From: a virus | Taxonomy: Duplodnaviria > Caudoviricetes | Length of the DNA: 62,034 bases | IMG/VR virus record: IMGVR_UViG_3300042988_000114 | Span: 1-62,034 of that record | Reading direction: 5' to 3' (one strand) | In this document: positions 35,456 to 45,331 of the stretch, piece after piece | How the letters are laid out: every line of letters starts with the position of its first letter | How positions within the stretch are numbered: the stretch's first letter is position 1 | Notes under the pieces: generated by a model | The model's input: only the letters and a program-made list of their open reading frames with translations | Databases searched by the model: none | Told to the model about the DNA's origin: nothing | Program-made: the position numbers and the translations under genes

Positions 35456-37017
35456 TTACGTAACTTCAAAGACTGGTAATCACGCATTAGTCGACGCCCC
35501 ATGTCATCCATTGGATCCATACTTTCCAATGTTTGCAATGTAGGAGTTGCCATTGGGTTGTCACCAGGATATTCACGCTTGAACTGCTTCTTCTCACGGT
35601 TCATGTCATCGCCTTGATGTGTAATAACATCTTGGCCTTGATAACATTCTTCAGGAGTGTTAGCATACTGCTCTTCAGCTTCGTCCATTTCAATTTCAAT
35701 TGCTTCTGGCTCTGCGGTTGCTAAACGAGCGTGGGCATCACTGTCGCCCATGCCTGCCATTTTTAGCATAGACATTAATTGGTCTGCTGCATCGCCGTCT
35801 GCTGTGATAGTAACGTTCTTGTTGCCATCTGTGCTAGCGTTTGTGCTGATGTTAACACGGCCTTGCTTTTGTTCCATGCCCAATGCTTCTTGCCCAATAG
35901 ACATTTCGCAGTTCTCAGTTAAGCCAGCTAAACGTGCCAACTCATTTAACTCAGCATCTTCGAAGGTGCTCTTGTTACGCAAATCGGCTAGCAATTCGTC
36001 ATCGCTGCCGTGACCAATTGCTTTATTAATACCGCTAGCAACAGAACCAACTGCGTCCTTGGCACGATCTAAAATAGATGGCTTGCCTTGTACACGGCTT
36101 GGTTCAAATGGTGCAGTAGGTTTAGCTAGTGCCATTGCATCTTGTGGAGCAAAGCTAGGACCTTTTGGCACTGCTTCGCCCATTAAACGCTTGCCATGGT
36201 TATGAATCTTTAGGAACGCTTCTAGCTTGTCGCTGCAATGTCCTGTTTTCTTAAAGGAATCAATGTCGGCTTGGATTTCGCTTAACATTTCTGCAATGCC
36301 AGAATCAGTTTCCTTCATCATTTCAGCAAAGTTAATGCCTTCGGCGATTTTACGCTTACGGCTTTCTTCTACTTTACCAGCATTGTGTGCTTTCCATGCT
36401 GTAGCATAAGCAATGCCTTTTTCTTTGTCTGTTAGTTTGCCGTCATTGGCGTAGCCGGCTTTAATGGACTTAACCATTTTTTCAGCTTTCTTGCCAGGAG
36501 GGGCAACTTCATTCTTAACGTTGTCGTACTTGTTAGTTGGCTTGTCTAAACGTTTAACGTGTCCAGGCTTGTTAGCTGGATTGTAAACAGACTTAGCTTT
36601 CTTTTCAGTGCCCTTGATCGTTGGGTTCTCTTCACGCTCTTCATCTAGGCCAGCAGCTTTACGACGACTACCAATAACTTCATCCTTTTCGGACTCAATC
36701 TTGCCGTCTTTGTCGTAGTCTTTGCTGGCTTTCTTAGAGGCTTCATCTAGTCCGGCTGCTTTACGACGACTACCAATGACTTCGTCTTTTTCAGTTTCAA
36801 CTTTACCGTCTTTGTCGTAGTCTTTGTCGGCCTTCTTAGACTTTTCAAATTGCTCACGCAATTTTTGCTCAACGCCTTTTACGCCTTCAAGGATAGATCC
36901 TTTGGCTTCAACACTTTCATAAATTGATTGTGCTTCTGCTTTAACTTGTTGTTCTTGTGTAGGTTCTAATTTTTTAAAAATGTTTAGAACGTTGTACATT
37001 CCGTTACTGTTGCTCAT
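35452..37017 (-). CDS. Large charged protein, probably prohead core/internal
   Basis: Many (L/I/V)xE sites, RLAGL motif, internal repeat. Confidence 0.65.
   Translation of the reverse strand: MSNSNGMYNVLNIFKKLEPTQEQQVKAEAQSIYESVEAKGSILEGVKGVEQKLREQFEKSKKADKDYDKDGKVETEKDEVIGSRRKAAGLDEASKKASKDYDKDGKIESEKDEVIGSRRKAAGLDEEREENPTIKGTEKKAKSVYNPANKPGHVKRLDKPTNKYDNVKNEVAPPGKKAEKMVKSIKAGYANDGKLTDKEKGIAYATAWKAHNAGKVEESRKRKIAEGINFAEMMKETDSGIAEMLSEIQADIDSFKKTGHCSDKLEAFLKIHNHGKRLMGEAVPKGPSFAPQDAMALAKPTAPFEPSRVQGKPSILDRAKDAVGSVASGINKAIGHGSDDELLADLRNKSTFEDAELNELARLAGLTENCEMSIGQEALGMEQKQGRVNISTNASTDGNKNVTITADGDAADQLMSMLKMAGMGDSDAHARLATAEPEAIEIEMDEAEEQYANTPEECYQGQDVITHQGDDMNREKKQFKREYPGDNPMATPTLQTLESMDPMDDMGRRLMRDYQSLKLRK
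36641..36840 (-). repeat. Intragenic 102-bp tandem duplication
   Basis: Two copies of KDYDKDGKxExEKDEVIGSRRKAAGLDE. Confidence 0.9.
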
Positions 37018-37607
37018 CGTACTGATCCTTTTGGTGGTGTCGGTAATTTAACTTGTTTGCTGCCAACAGGACTATCAGTACCTGCAGGTGATGCGTCCAT
37101 TGTTTTTCCGTCTGCTTCGCTCTTGGCTGCAAACTCATATGAACGTGAAGATAGCTCTTTTAGCATACTATCGCGGCGTGCCTGACCGACTAGCTCTTGA
37201 CCACCAGCATCTGCTTTTAGTTCAGGTTGATCTAGTAATGCACCTTCGTGATCTTTGCCGTGAGCTTCAAACTCTTCATTGAAGTCGCGTTGGTTCTTGG
37301 GCCAAACGCACACGCACTCAGGGTTAATGCCAGCACGTTCTTTAATAAGTTGGCGTAATTGTTCTGGAGTGGTTGGGTACTTAATTGTTACCTCAAAAAT
37401 CCAGCACTCGCATGCACCCATTTTAGGAAACTCTCTATGTTCCTGAATAGGCATGCTCTTAGGGCTGGATACGCTCTCCAATTCGTGAGCATTTAAAGCG
37501 TTTTTGATACGCTCCATAACGTCACCTTGTGGGTTAGTGCCTGCAATCTTAACCGTGTAGTCATACGACTTATTAAGATCAAACACATACTGTTGGTATG
37601 ATTTCAT
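37014..37607 (-). CDS. Hypothetical protein
   Basis: 197-aa ORF in the head-region operon. Confidence 0.7.
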   Translation of the reverse strand: MKSYQQYVFDLNKSYDYTVKIAGTNPQGDVMERIKNALNAHELESVSSPKSMPIQEHREFPKMGACECWIFEVTIKYPTTPEQLRQLIKERAGINPECVCVWPKNQRDFNEEFEAHGKDHEGALLDQPELKADAGGQELVGQARRDSMLKELSSRSYEFAAKSEADGKTMDASPAGTDSPVGSKQVKLPTPPKGSVR

Positions 37608-37629
37608 TGCGAATTCCTCTATTGTATAT

Positions 37630-38124
37630 TTATTGTTTCTTAGACTTTTCCAGGATAGACGCTAGTAAAGCATTACGATCTAGTAACATTCCCTTACCAT
37701 CTTCTGGTTCTTCCTCAACTTTGCCAGAATCCTTTTGAACTTGGTGATCAAATTTGGCTTTTTGTAACTGTAACTGTATTTGCTTCAGCTTCTTATCCAT
37801 TTTAGCTGTTTTAGCTGTGATGCTATGCCCTAGTAGCTGGCTTGCAGTTTGAAAAATAACCCCACCAAAGCGTGGGTCTACATTCATGCCTAAGTCTAGT
37901 AGGTCTTCTGCTTTGTCCTTTGCTAGCTTTGCTAACTCGTCAAGGTCTGCATCAATGGAATCCAAGTCTGTGATTCCCGGCAGGGCGGCATCAATTTTAT
38001 CAATGGCTTCATCAACTTGTGTAATAATGTCGCGATTTTCTTCAATTACTTGTTTAACTTCGGCGCTAGTTGCACCTTCGCCAACTTCTGGTAAATTGAA
38101 TAAGGATTCTAATTTTTTAGTCAT
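37630..38124 (-). CDS. Possible terminase small subunit
   Basis: Helical, DLLDLGMNV and DRNALL motifs; upstream of terL. Confidence 0.5.
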   Translation of the reverse strand: MTKKLESLFNLPEVGEGATSAEVKQVIEENRDIITQVDEAIDKIDAALPGITDLDSIDADLDELAKLAKDKAEDLLDLGMNVDPRFGGVIFQTASQLLGHSITAKTAKMDKKLKQIQLQLQKAKFDHQVQKDSGKVEEEPEDGKGMLLDRNALLASILEKSKKQ

Positions 38125-38131
38125 AATGTAT

Positions 38132-38833
38132 TTAACCAATATTTTCAGAGTGTATTTCGTCTTTGAACCATTTATGTATATTGGCGAAAACTTCTGCTTC
38201 TTGCCCGGTGTAAAAATGTGGGCCTGGCTCGGTTCCCGGATTTCCTAAATGCGGAAATCCGTTTCTAACTGTAATACTTGGTAGTGCTTGCATATGTTGC
38301 TTTGCTGCATTGTACGGGCACTGCTCAGTTTGATCATTTACATGATGCAATATTAATGTCGGAGTAGAAATTTTATCCGATTCAAAGTGTTGAACATATG
38401 CATCTTTATACATAATATCAGTTTCTTTAGTTGGCACCCAGGTTCCGTTGCTGATTACAATTTTTTGTATCACTGGGTCCTCACGCATTGCCAGGTAAGC
38501 AGCTTCCAATGCGCCGAAACTATGCCCAAAACACATAATCGGGATACCGGGATATTGAGTTGCTAGATAATCTATTGCTTTAGATAGCATCAACTGTCGA
38601 TCTTTGCTTAGACGGAATTTAGCAGGCATTCCAGTTGTTTCAAAGTTTTTAGTTAACTCAAACACTGCCACTGATACATTCATTTTTAAGCACCAGGGTA
38701 TTAGATAAAACGGAAGAGAGTATCTCTTAACTCCGCCTGGGATAAACAATAGTATGTATTCAGGGCGATCCACGGTATGCAACGTTAAATCTGTTTCGTA
38801 GTTCCCGGATAACAGGGGTATTCTTTTAAGCAT
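38132..38833 (-). CDS. Alpha/beta hydrolase
   Basis: GHSFG nucleophile elbow, PTLILH. Confidence 0.75.
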   Translation of the reverse strand: MLKRIPLLSGNYETDLTLHTVDRPEYILLFIPGGVKRYSLPFYLIPWCLKMNVSVAVFELTKNFETTGMPAKFRLSKDRQLMLSKAIDYLATQYPGIPIMCFGHSFGALEAAYLAMREDPVIQKIVISNGTWVPTKETDIMYKDAYVQHFESDKISTPTLILHHVNDQTEQCPYNAAKQHMQALPSITVRNGFPHLGNPGTEPGPHFYTGQEAEVFANIHKWFKDEIHSENIG

Positions 38834-38846
38834 CACATATTTAAAG

Positions 38847-38872
38847 AAAAAAGGCACCTAGGTGCCTTTTTT
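38847..38872. terminator. Bidirectional terminator
   Basis: aaaaaaggcacc-ta-ggtgcctttttt. Confidence 0.75.
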
Positions 38873-38886
38873 GGGGTAGTTAACGT

Positions 38887-39834
38887 TTATTGTTTTTTGA
38901 TGCTATCTACTAGACCAGCAGTAAAGTAGTCTTGGTACTTGGCATAAACACCTTGTGTTGCTTCAGCAAAGCGAGCTTGTTCAGCTTCACTCATTTTAAC
39001 AACTTCAATGCCGTCTGCTGCTGCACGATCTTGGACCAATGCGATGTCAGCAATGCTCAACTCACGTTCGTGGCGTGCTGCAACTAATGCTGCGTCAGCA
39101 ACTACTTGTTGCAAGTCTGCATCTAGTGTAGCCCAGAAGTCGCTACCAACTAAGATGCTTGTCAAGAACAAGCTGTGCTCAGTGTGGTTAATAACTTTAG
39201 ACACTTTATCTTGACCTAGTGCATAAACACGTGGGTAAGTGCTTTCGCCGATTGTGACATCAGCTTGCTCTAAACCAGTAGTTAGTTCTTCAAGTTCCAT
39301 TGGAACTACGTCTGCACCAACTGCTTTGAATGTATCAATAGCAACTGGGCTGTGACTTGTGCGAACTCGCATACCACGTAGATCTTCAATCTTAGCAACT
39401 GCTTCGTTACCAGGAATGATGCGGAAACCACCTGAGTATGTGAACGCTAGTCCTTTGATCTTCTTGCTTTCTTGTAGGCTGTCTAGTAGTTGCTTACCAA
39501 CTGCGCCTTCAAATACACGACCAGCGTGTGCGTGATCTTTGAACAAGAACGGTAGGTCTAATGCGAAGAAGTCCTTATTAACATTACCCAATGTGATTGT
39601 GTAAGTTTGGCTCATTTCGATTCGACCCGAATCTAGTAGGTCCACTAGTTCGTGTTTGGTAACTAGGACGCCGTCGTTATACTTCTCTGAGTATTCACTC
39701 ATAGTCATAACTTCAATATCTAACTTACCTGGTGCCTTAGCTTCTACCTCTGCGGCAAATACCTTAGCCGCACGGATGAATAATTCGATAGGTTCGTGTG
39801 CAAGAACCCAGCGTACTTTAATTGCTTGTGTCAT
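38887..39834 (-). CDS. dctP: TRAP transporter solute-binding protein (DctP family), no evident signal peptide
   Basis: LDLPFLF, SGGFR, DLRGMRVR, GADVVPM. Confidence 0.85.
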   Translation of the reverse strand: MTQAIKVRWVLAHEPIELFIRAAKVFAAEVEAKAPGKLDIEVMTMSEYSEKYNDGVLVTKHELVDLLDSGRIEMSQTYTITLGNVNKDFFALDLPFLFKDHAHAGRVFEGAVGKQLLDSLQESKKIKGLAFTYSGGFRIIPGNEAVAKIEDLRGMRVRTSHSPVAIDTFKAVGADVVPMELEELTTGLEQADVTIGESTYPRVYALGQDKVSKVINHTEHSLFLTSILVGSDFWATLDADLQQVVADAALVAARHERELSIADIALVQDRAAADGIEVVKMSEAEQARFAEATQGVYAKYQDYFTAGLVDSIKKQ

Positions 39835-39909
39835 TTCATTTTCCTTTGTTTAAATTTAGCCACTTGAGTTTGCAGTGAGTTTAGATTGCTGTGGCCGGAG
39901 TGTGTAGTA

Positions 39910-40791
39910 TTATTTAGCTATTTTATAATCAAACTTAGTTTGCATTTTTTTAACTTGTGACACAGATTGGTGATAGAACTGCTCCGCTGTTACACCATCA
40001 AATATCGGCGGGTGCATTGCCGATAATCTATATATTTCATGCAACCCAACTTGAATAGTTGCATCATTTAAAATTTTCGAGATTGCAATACGTCGAGCCA
40101 ATGGCATATCTTTATGTGCAATTGTGATATTAAAAATGTAAGGTGCATCAATGCCCATCTCTTTTAATGTTTTAACCTGAGGAGCTTGGGGTAAACGGAC
40201 CGGGCAACTTGCTGCAACCATTCTCAATTTATTGTTTTTAGTATGCAACGACTCGTAGGATTCGTACTTGTCAATCACAAATTCAACACCATTATTGCCG
40301 GCCATATTTACTAATCCATCAAAATTTGATTTAAAAATAATGTATCTAACATCAAAATTAAACTTTTCCCCCAATGCAAGTGCTGTCAGATGTGTTGCAT
40401 TACCTAACCCAACTCCACCAACAACAAATTCAGATTGTTGAGCAAGGGGTTTGTTTGTTATCACTGCCCAGCATGCATTTCCGAATGCATGGACTGGGAT
40501 ATAGTCCCTCTCGTCTAGCTTGCCAGACAATACATTCTCAACATATGCTGGTGCAATAATTGCAAGACTATTTGCATCTAATGCCTTAACTGCAATAATC
40601 TGGTTACCCCCTGGCTTAAATTCCGGAACAAATTTATAAATGTTTTGATTTTCGTTTGCTGCCTCTATTACCCGAAACAATGCAGGTGTGCCCGAATGCC
40701 CGGGACTGTATGGTGAGTAAATTTTAATAGTCTCAGCGGCTTGAGCCGAAACTGCTATTAGTGCTGTTAAGATGTAAAATATATATTTCAT
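39910..40791 (-). CDS. Tripartite tricarboxylate transporter binding protein (TctC/Bug-like)
   Basis: Signal peptide, PYSPG, KPGG, GLGNATHL, PQVKTLKEMG. Confidence 0.75.
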   Translation of the reverse strand: MKYIFYILTALIAVSAQAAETIKIYSPYSPGHSGTPALFRVIEAANENQNIYKFVPEFKPGGNQIIAVKALDANSLAIIAPAYVENVLSGKLDERDYIPVHAFGNACWAVITNKPLAQQSEFVVGGVGLGNATHLTALALGEKFNFDVRYIIFKSNFDGLVNMAGNNGVEFVIDKYESYESLHTKNNKLRMVAASCPVRLPQAPQVKTLKEMGIDAPYIFNITIAHKDMPLARRIAISKILNDATIQVGLHEIYRLSAMHPPIFDGVTAEQFYHQSVSQVKKMQTKFDYKIAK

Positions 40792-40795
40792 AATA

Positions 40796-42031
40796 TTAAG
40801 TTAGAACAATACTTTCTCGCATATCACCTATGCAATATGCATTACTGACACAAATTTTATATTCCCAGGACATTCCTGAAATTTCATTGTGTACTCCTGA
40901 TAGTCCGGTTGCATTTAAGGTTAAAAATTTGTAGTCAATATTTTTGTAAAGATGCAGCATCCCTCGCATGAATGTCTTGTATCCTTTGCTGTCCTTAAAA
41001 TTGTTAATCCAGTAGTCCCATTCTTGATAAACCGATCTAATCGGTTTGTCACATTGAAATGTTGATAAATCATAATCTGGGTAAATGATTCCTTTAATTA
41101 ACGATTCATACGCAGTACGGTTACTTGTTCTTCGTAACCAAAATCTATCAAACATAAACCAGAATCGACGATTTTGAGGGACCTCAAGCCATCTCTTTAT
41201 TAAATGACATTGTTTTGCAAGTAATTGCATTGAGTTTGGGTGCCAGTAAAATAGTTCAACCTCGGTGTTTGTGTAACCATTATTTACTGCGGCCGGTGTA
41301 GCGGAGTGAGTAGCCCTATCTACAAACATTAAATGCAATTTGTTATCTTCGATGTACACCCGAGGTTTATCAATACCAAACAAAATGCCAATCCGCTTAC
41401 CCTTGTCGAATACATTTAAACTGTCTTTTTGGCTTGCATGAGTGTATCTTACTACACACCCAGGAGTAACATAATCGCCGCACCAATGTATAAAGTTCTC
41501 GTCCCATGTTAGATTTTCATCAATGATGTCCGCACTGAAATCGTGTACAGTTATTTTTGTATTTGGGCTAGCCGTCTTTAACCATTTTAGCAAAGGTAGT
41601 GCTGCAAATTCAAACTCGCTAAATTCATTACTGGCACTGTAATTTAAATCGTTTGTACCAAAGTTACTGGTACCGGTGGTAGCATGTCTGACAAAAACTT
41701 CATCAACGTGTAGCCCTTGATTAATAAAAGCATACAACATTGTTGTGGAATCTGCGCCGCCGCTACAATTTAAAATAAGGTAATCGTACTTCTCTCTTAG
41801 CTCACGGGCCCGAGCATTATAATATTCTCTTATATCGCCAGGGGGCTCATCAGTCCAATTAAAATTACCGAACTCAGTATCATTGAAATTCCAGTGTAAG
41901 TCATCATGAGATAGCCCCATCTTGGATCCACTAAGCAATGCACTTGCTTTGTCCCAGTATATTTTATTGCCGATTTCGTAAAAGCCGAGAGTCGGATCTC
42001 GTGCCAGAGTTGTGTGATCAATTTTTATCAT
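40796..42031 (-). CDS. PP-loop protein, paralog 4
   Basis: LREKYDYLILNCSGGADS, GIDKP, ELFYW. Confidence 0.7.
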   Translation of the reverse strand: MIKIDHTTLARDPTLGFYEIGNKIYWDKASALLSGSKMGLSHDDLHWNFNDTEFGNFNWTDEPPGDIREYYNARARELREKYDYLILNCSGGADSTTMLYAFINQGLHVDEVFVRHATTGTSNFGTNDLNYSASNEFSEFEFAALPLLKWLKTASPNTKITVHDFSADIIDENLTWDENFIHWCGDYVTPGCVVRYTHASQKDSLNVFDKGKRIGILFGIDKPRVYIEDNKLHLMFVDRATHSATPAAVNNGYTNTEVELFYWHPNSMQLLAKQCHLIKRWLEVPQNRRFWFMFDRFWLRRTSNRTAYESLIKGIIYPDYDLSTFQCDKPIRSVYQEWDYWINNFKDSKGYKTFMRGMLHLYKNIDYKFLTLNATGLSGVHNEISGMSWEYKICVSNAYCIGDMRESIVLT

Positions 42032-42105
42032 TTATGATGAGGTGAATGTAGGTGAGATAGCGAGAGCAGTAAGGTTGCCTTACTTGTGGTAAAGTATTTA
42101 CTGAT

Positions 42106-42537
42106 TTATTTTCCTTGATGGAAAATTTCTTGTTCAGTAACTACCCTAAAAACAAGCCCTTGGTTTTTACACCATGCTCGAGCGGCCTCCCACTTGGCCA
42201 TATTTACAATAGCTGCGGCTTGTGCTTTAGTACTCCGGCCAGCAGCTTCAAGGGTTGTTTCCTTAGTGGGTTTTACTTCAATGACTTCTGCATGCTTTTG
42301 TCCTGTCTTATCTGTATAGATAATCAAAAAGTCAGGAACATAAATTGTGTTTCTGTTAGTCAATGGGTTTCTATAATTGATATGTATAGCTTCGCTAGCC
42401 CACTGTAGAATTGCAGGATTGTTGTCACAAAACTGCATGAATACAAATTCCCATCCGGATCGGTAAGTCGGCGTTTTATTGCCCACATACTTTTCAGGGT
42501 TCTTCATTTGGAACTTGCCATTTGCATACTTACTCAT
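42106..42537 (-). CDS. Head completion nuclease (gp4-like, TnsA fold)
   Basis: YRSGWE, WASE, YVPDF, EVKP, KWEAA. Confidence 0.88.
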   Translation of the reverse strand: MSKYANGKFQMKNPEKYVGNKTPTYRSGWEFVFMQFCDNNPAILQWASEAIHINYRNPLTNRNTIYVPDFLIIYTDKTGQKHAEVIEVKPTKETTLEAAGRSTKAQAAAIVNMAKWEAARAWCKNQGLVFRVVTEQEIFHQGK

Positions 42538-42917
42538 GGTAAAATTGATCGGTTAATATATTTATTTGTAATTGGCTGATTAGTAATACCTAGATAACTA
42601 GTGCCTTTTCTTTGCATGTTTAGGAACATAACTAGGTAGGCATTAAGCTCGCCTTTTGGCAGCTTAGTAAACTCTTGCAAAGTTTGCATAGGGTTAACGC
42701 CTTGGCTTTTGCTTGTGTAGATAACCGCACTGGCCAATGCCTTGGCTGCTTCTGAGTTAAATGATACAGATTCAAAGTACGACAAGATTGCTGCATCAAC
42801 GTTTGAGCTTACCACAAACGTTGGATCAAAATAGTTGTTAAAATATCTATTAGGGTCAGTGTTATCGTTAACTGATTGATCCACTGCCCCTAAGTTTGTC
42901 ATTGTTCCGTTTGCCAT
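42534..42917 (-). CDS. Hypothetical structural-region protein
   Basis: ORF between tube-like gene and gp4. Confidence 0.65.
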   Translation of the reverse strand: MANGTMTNLGAVDQSVNDNTDPNRYFNNYFDPTFVVSSNVDAAILSYFESVSFNSEAAKALASAVIYTSKSQGVNPMQTLQEFTKLPKGELNAYLVMFLNMQRKGTSYLGITNQPITNKYINRSILP

Positions 42918-44563
42918 TAAAAGTCCCAATTCTCAGAATCATTTTGATTTGTTGCACTGTCGGTATTATCTTCGCCCATCGATAGATTATTTTCTTGTGC
43001 TCTAGCTTCAGCATCGTTTGCAATCTGTGCAGCAATATCTGCAGGTGTTTCTATCGGTTTATTAAGTTGATCAGCTGTAAATACCGGGACGTTGCTAGAT
43101 AGCAATGCTGGGTTAGTTGGCATGTCTGCATCTGCATATTCATTTGCAGCATTCTTGTCATTTAATGCAACATTAGAAGCACCTGACACAGCATCAGGGT
43201 TGTCTAAATAGCTATCCATGTATGTGTTTGCTGCACGATTTGGCATGTTGCTTATTTGCGTTTCGGCTGCGGTTTTGCTCGGGAGAGTGGATACTGATTC
43301 AACTGCTCCTGTTTTTGGATCAACTTTCAGCAATTTATTCAACGCACCAGCACCAGCAACAAGACCCCCGACTGTTGCTAATGCACCTAGCCCGCCACCT
43401 TTACCAAGTAACACACTTGCACCTAGCCCGCCGAGTACTGTTCCTGCAACGCCTAGCCCAATAGACGAACCAACTTTTTCCCCGTTGCTGGTTGCACCGT
43501 TTGCTCCGTTACCTGCACTACCGTTACCAGCTTTGCTGTTTTTGTTGTATTGATAAATCGGACTACCGTCTGCTAGATTGCCGCTGTTTGGCACAAACAA
43601 TCTATTCAAAGGGTTGTTACCACGTAACATATCTGTGCCCATTTGCGTAAGTTCTGCTTTAGCCACCGCAGCTAAGTTTGTATTCTTAAGATTTTGATAT
43701 CCACGGAACGCTTTAAAGAATGCACTTGCACTGCCGCCTTCTTTGCCAAGGTCGCTTACCACATCGTTTGCTGTATCCAACAAGCCGCCCGGGCCAATGA
43801 TACTCTTTGTACCACCACCAGCAGGGGTCAACGGGCTCGGGCTGTTGTCATAATGAATATCAGCAAAACCTTGTACTGTATTTTTACTTACCCAACCTGC
43901 ACCGTATAACACAGTTTCAAACGACAATGTCATTTCGTGTTGCAATGCGTCACTAGAACCGGCTGTATGCTGCCCGTGTTTAAAGCTGGTAATAATTGGA
44001 TTGATTAGTGTGTATTCCGCAAAACGCTTTTGACTCATGCTATAGATGCGTACTGCGTTAATTGGATGTGTGTTTGGCGTTTTAGGTGAATAACCCCAGT
44101 TGTTATTTTCTCGTGGAGTATACTTTGTATTTTGTCTGTACCCCGGGTTAATAACACCATCGGGTCCTTGGTATCCTAAATCGGTGTCACGGTAGAAGTG
44201 GCTAAAATACTGGAACCATAATCCACGAACAACGTCTGCATGATCGTCATGGAACTGAATGTTGATTGGGTCGTACTTGATTTTTGTTTGTACAATATTT
44301 GGTTTGTTGTAGCTGTTAAGAGTTTTAGCATCAATTGTAAACTTTGGCAAGTCTACCATTTTTACTAGCATGCCAGCTTCGACTTGTTGGTTGCGACCAA
44401 ACTTAGCTGAAAACTCAGGTGCTAAGTCAAAGAACACATGATACAAAAATCCCTGGCGAGGTGCCAGCTTGAAGTTGTCCCCAACAAACAACTTACTAGC
44501 GTGTTGGAAATCCTTAATTTGGTCGCCTTTTCCAACTTCTTGTAAAAACTGATTAATGCTCAT
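42917..44563 (-). CDS. Tail tube-like baseplate/tube initiator protein
   Basis: VDLPKF, YDPINIQFHDD tube fold; next to the tail tube gene. Confidence 0.65.
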   Translation of the reverse strand: MSINQFLQEVGKGDQIKDFQHASKLFVGDNFKLAPRQGFLYHVFFDLAPEFSAKFGRNQQVEAGMLVKMVDLPKFTIDAKTLNSYNKPNIVQTKIKYDPINIQFHDDHADVVRGLWFQYFSHFYRDTDLGYQGPDGVINPGYRQNTKYTPRENNNWGYSPKTPNTHPINAVRIYSMSQKRFAEYTLINPIITSFKHGQHTAGSSDALQHEMTLSFETVLYGAGWVSKNTVQGFADIHYDNSPSPLTPAGGGTKSIIGPGGLLDTANDVVSDLGKEGGSASAFFKAFRGYQNLKNTNLAAVAKAELTQMGTDMLRGNNPLNRLFVPNSGNLADGSPIYQYNKNSKAGNGSAGNGANGATSNGEKVGSSIGLGVAGTVLGGLGASVLLGKGGGLGALATVGGLVAGAGALNKLLKVDPKTGAVESVSTLPSKTAAETQISNMPNRAANTYMDSYLDNPDAVSGASNVALNDKNAANEYADADMPTNPALLSSNVPVFTADQLNKPIETPADIAAQIANDAEARAQENNLSMGEDNTDSATNQNDSENWDF

Positions 44564-44591
44564 AGTATCCTCTTATAAACTATTTAGCCAT

Positions 44592-44617
44592 AAAAAAGCC
44601 CGGTCGAAACCGGGCTT
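44592..44617 (-). terminator. Intrinsic terminator after the tail tube gene
   Basis: AAGCCCGG-loop-CCGGGCTTTTTT. Confidence 0.8.
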
Positions 44618-44634
44618 GAGTTTGTCATCTGGTA

Positions 44635-45255
44635 TTAACCAGTTACCATTGTTCCCAATGTACGTCCGACTAGTGTACCAACACCAGTACCAGTTGGGGT
44701 TTGCACGGCATTGTCAAAACGCAATGTTAATGCAATCTGTACAGGATCATTGGAGCTGTATGCCATATCGCCGTAATCAACTTGACTGATCATGCAACCA
44801 TACAATTCCCATGTCTCTAATACATTCGGTTCATTAGCGCCGTTGCCGCCGTCTAATACTTCATAACGTAACAAGAACTTATAGTCGATACCGGAAGCTG
44901 CTGAACTTTGTTCTGCAAAGTCGAATTGCTTTTGAATCTGCTCGCCAACCATTCTGCTAACGTTGCCTGCGGCATCGTCACGTAAGTTAACTGTAGTTTC
45001 TTGCCATTCTGGCTTGCCTTGCAAATAAACTTTACTGTTATAAACATCCAATGTGATTGGGTTAAAGTTTACGCTTGGACGCTTAATATCCACGACTTGT
45101 TTTGTTAATTCTACTCGTTTGTCAGCACTTACACCAAAGCCTTCGAATGTCGCACGGAAGCGATATTTTAGTTTTGGCATCAGCAAACCTTGTGCAGATG
45201 CACTTTGGTTAGTTGCTAATGGTACTGTTAATCTTGTTAGTGACGATACTGCCAT
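44635..45255 (-). CDS. Tail tube protein
   Basis: Follows the sheath; RFR, GKPEW, ETWELYGC, LRFDNA. Confidence 0.85.
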   Translation of the reverse strand: MAVSSLTRLTVPLATNQSASAQGLLMPKLKYRFRATFEGFGVSADKRVELTKQVVDIKRPSVNFNPITLDVYNSKVYLQGKPEWQETTVNLRDDAAGNVSRMVGEQIQKQFDFAEQSSAASGIDYKFLLRYEVLDGGNGANEPNVLETWELYGCMISQVDYGDMAYSSNDPVQIALTLRFDNAVQTPTGTGVGTLVGRTLGTMVTG

Positions 45256-45331
45256 CTTATTCTCCTGTTAAGGTATTTACCTAATTTTTGGTAAGTTAAC
45301 GGGACCGTTATGGCCCCGTTATATACCTACT

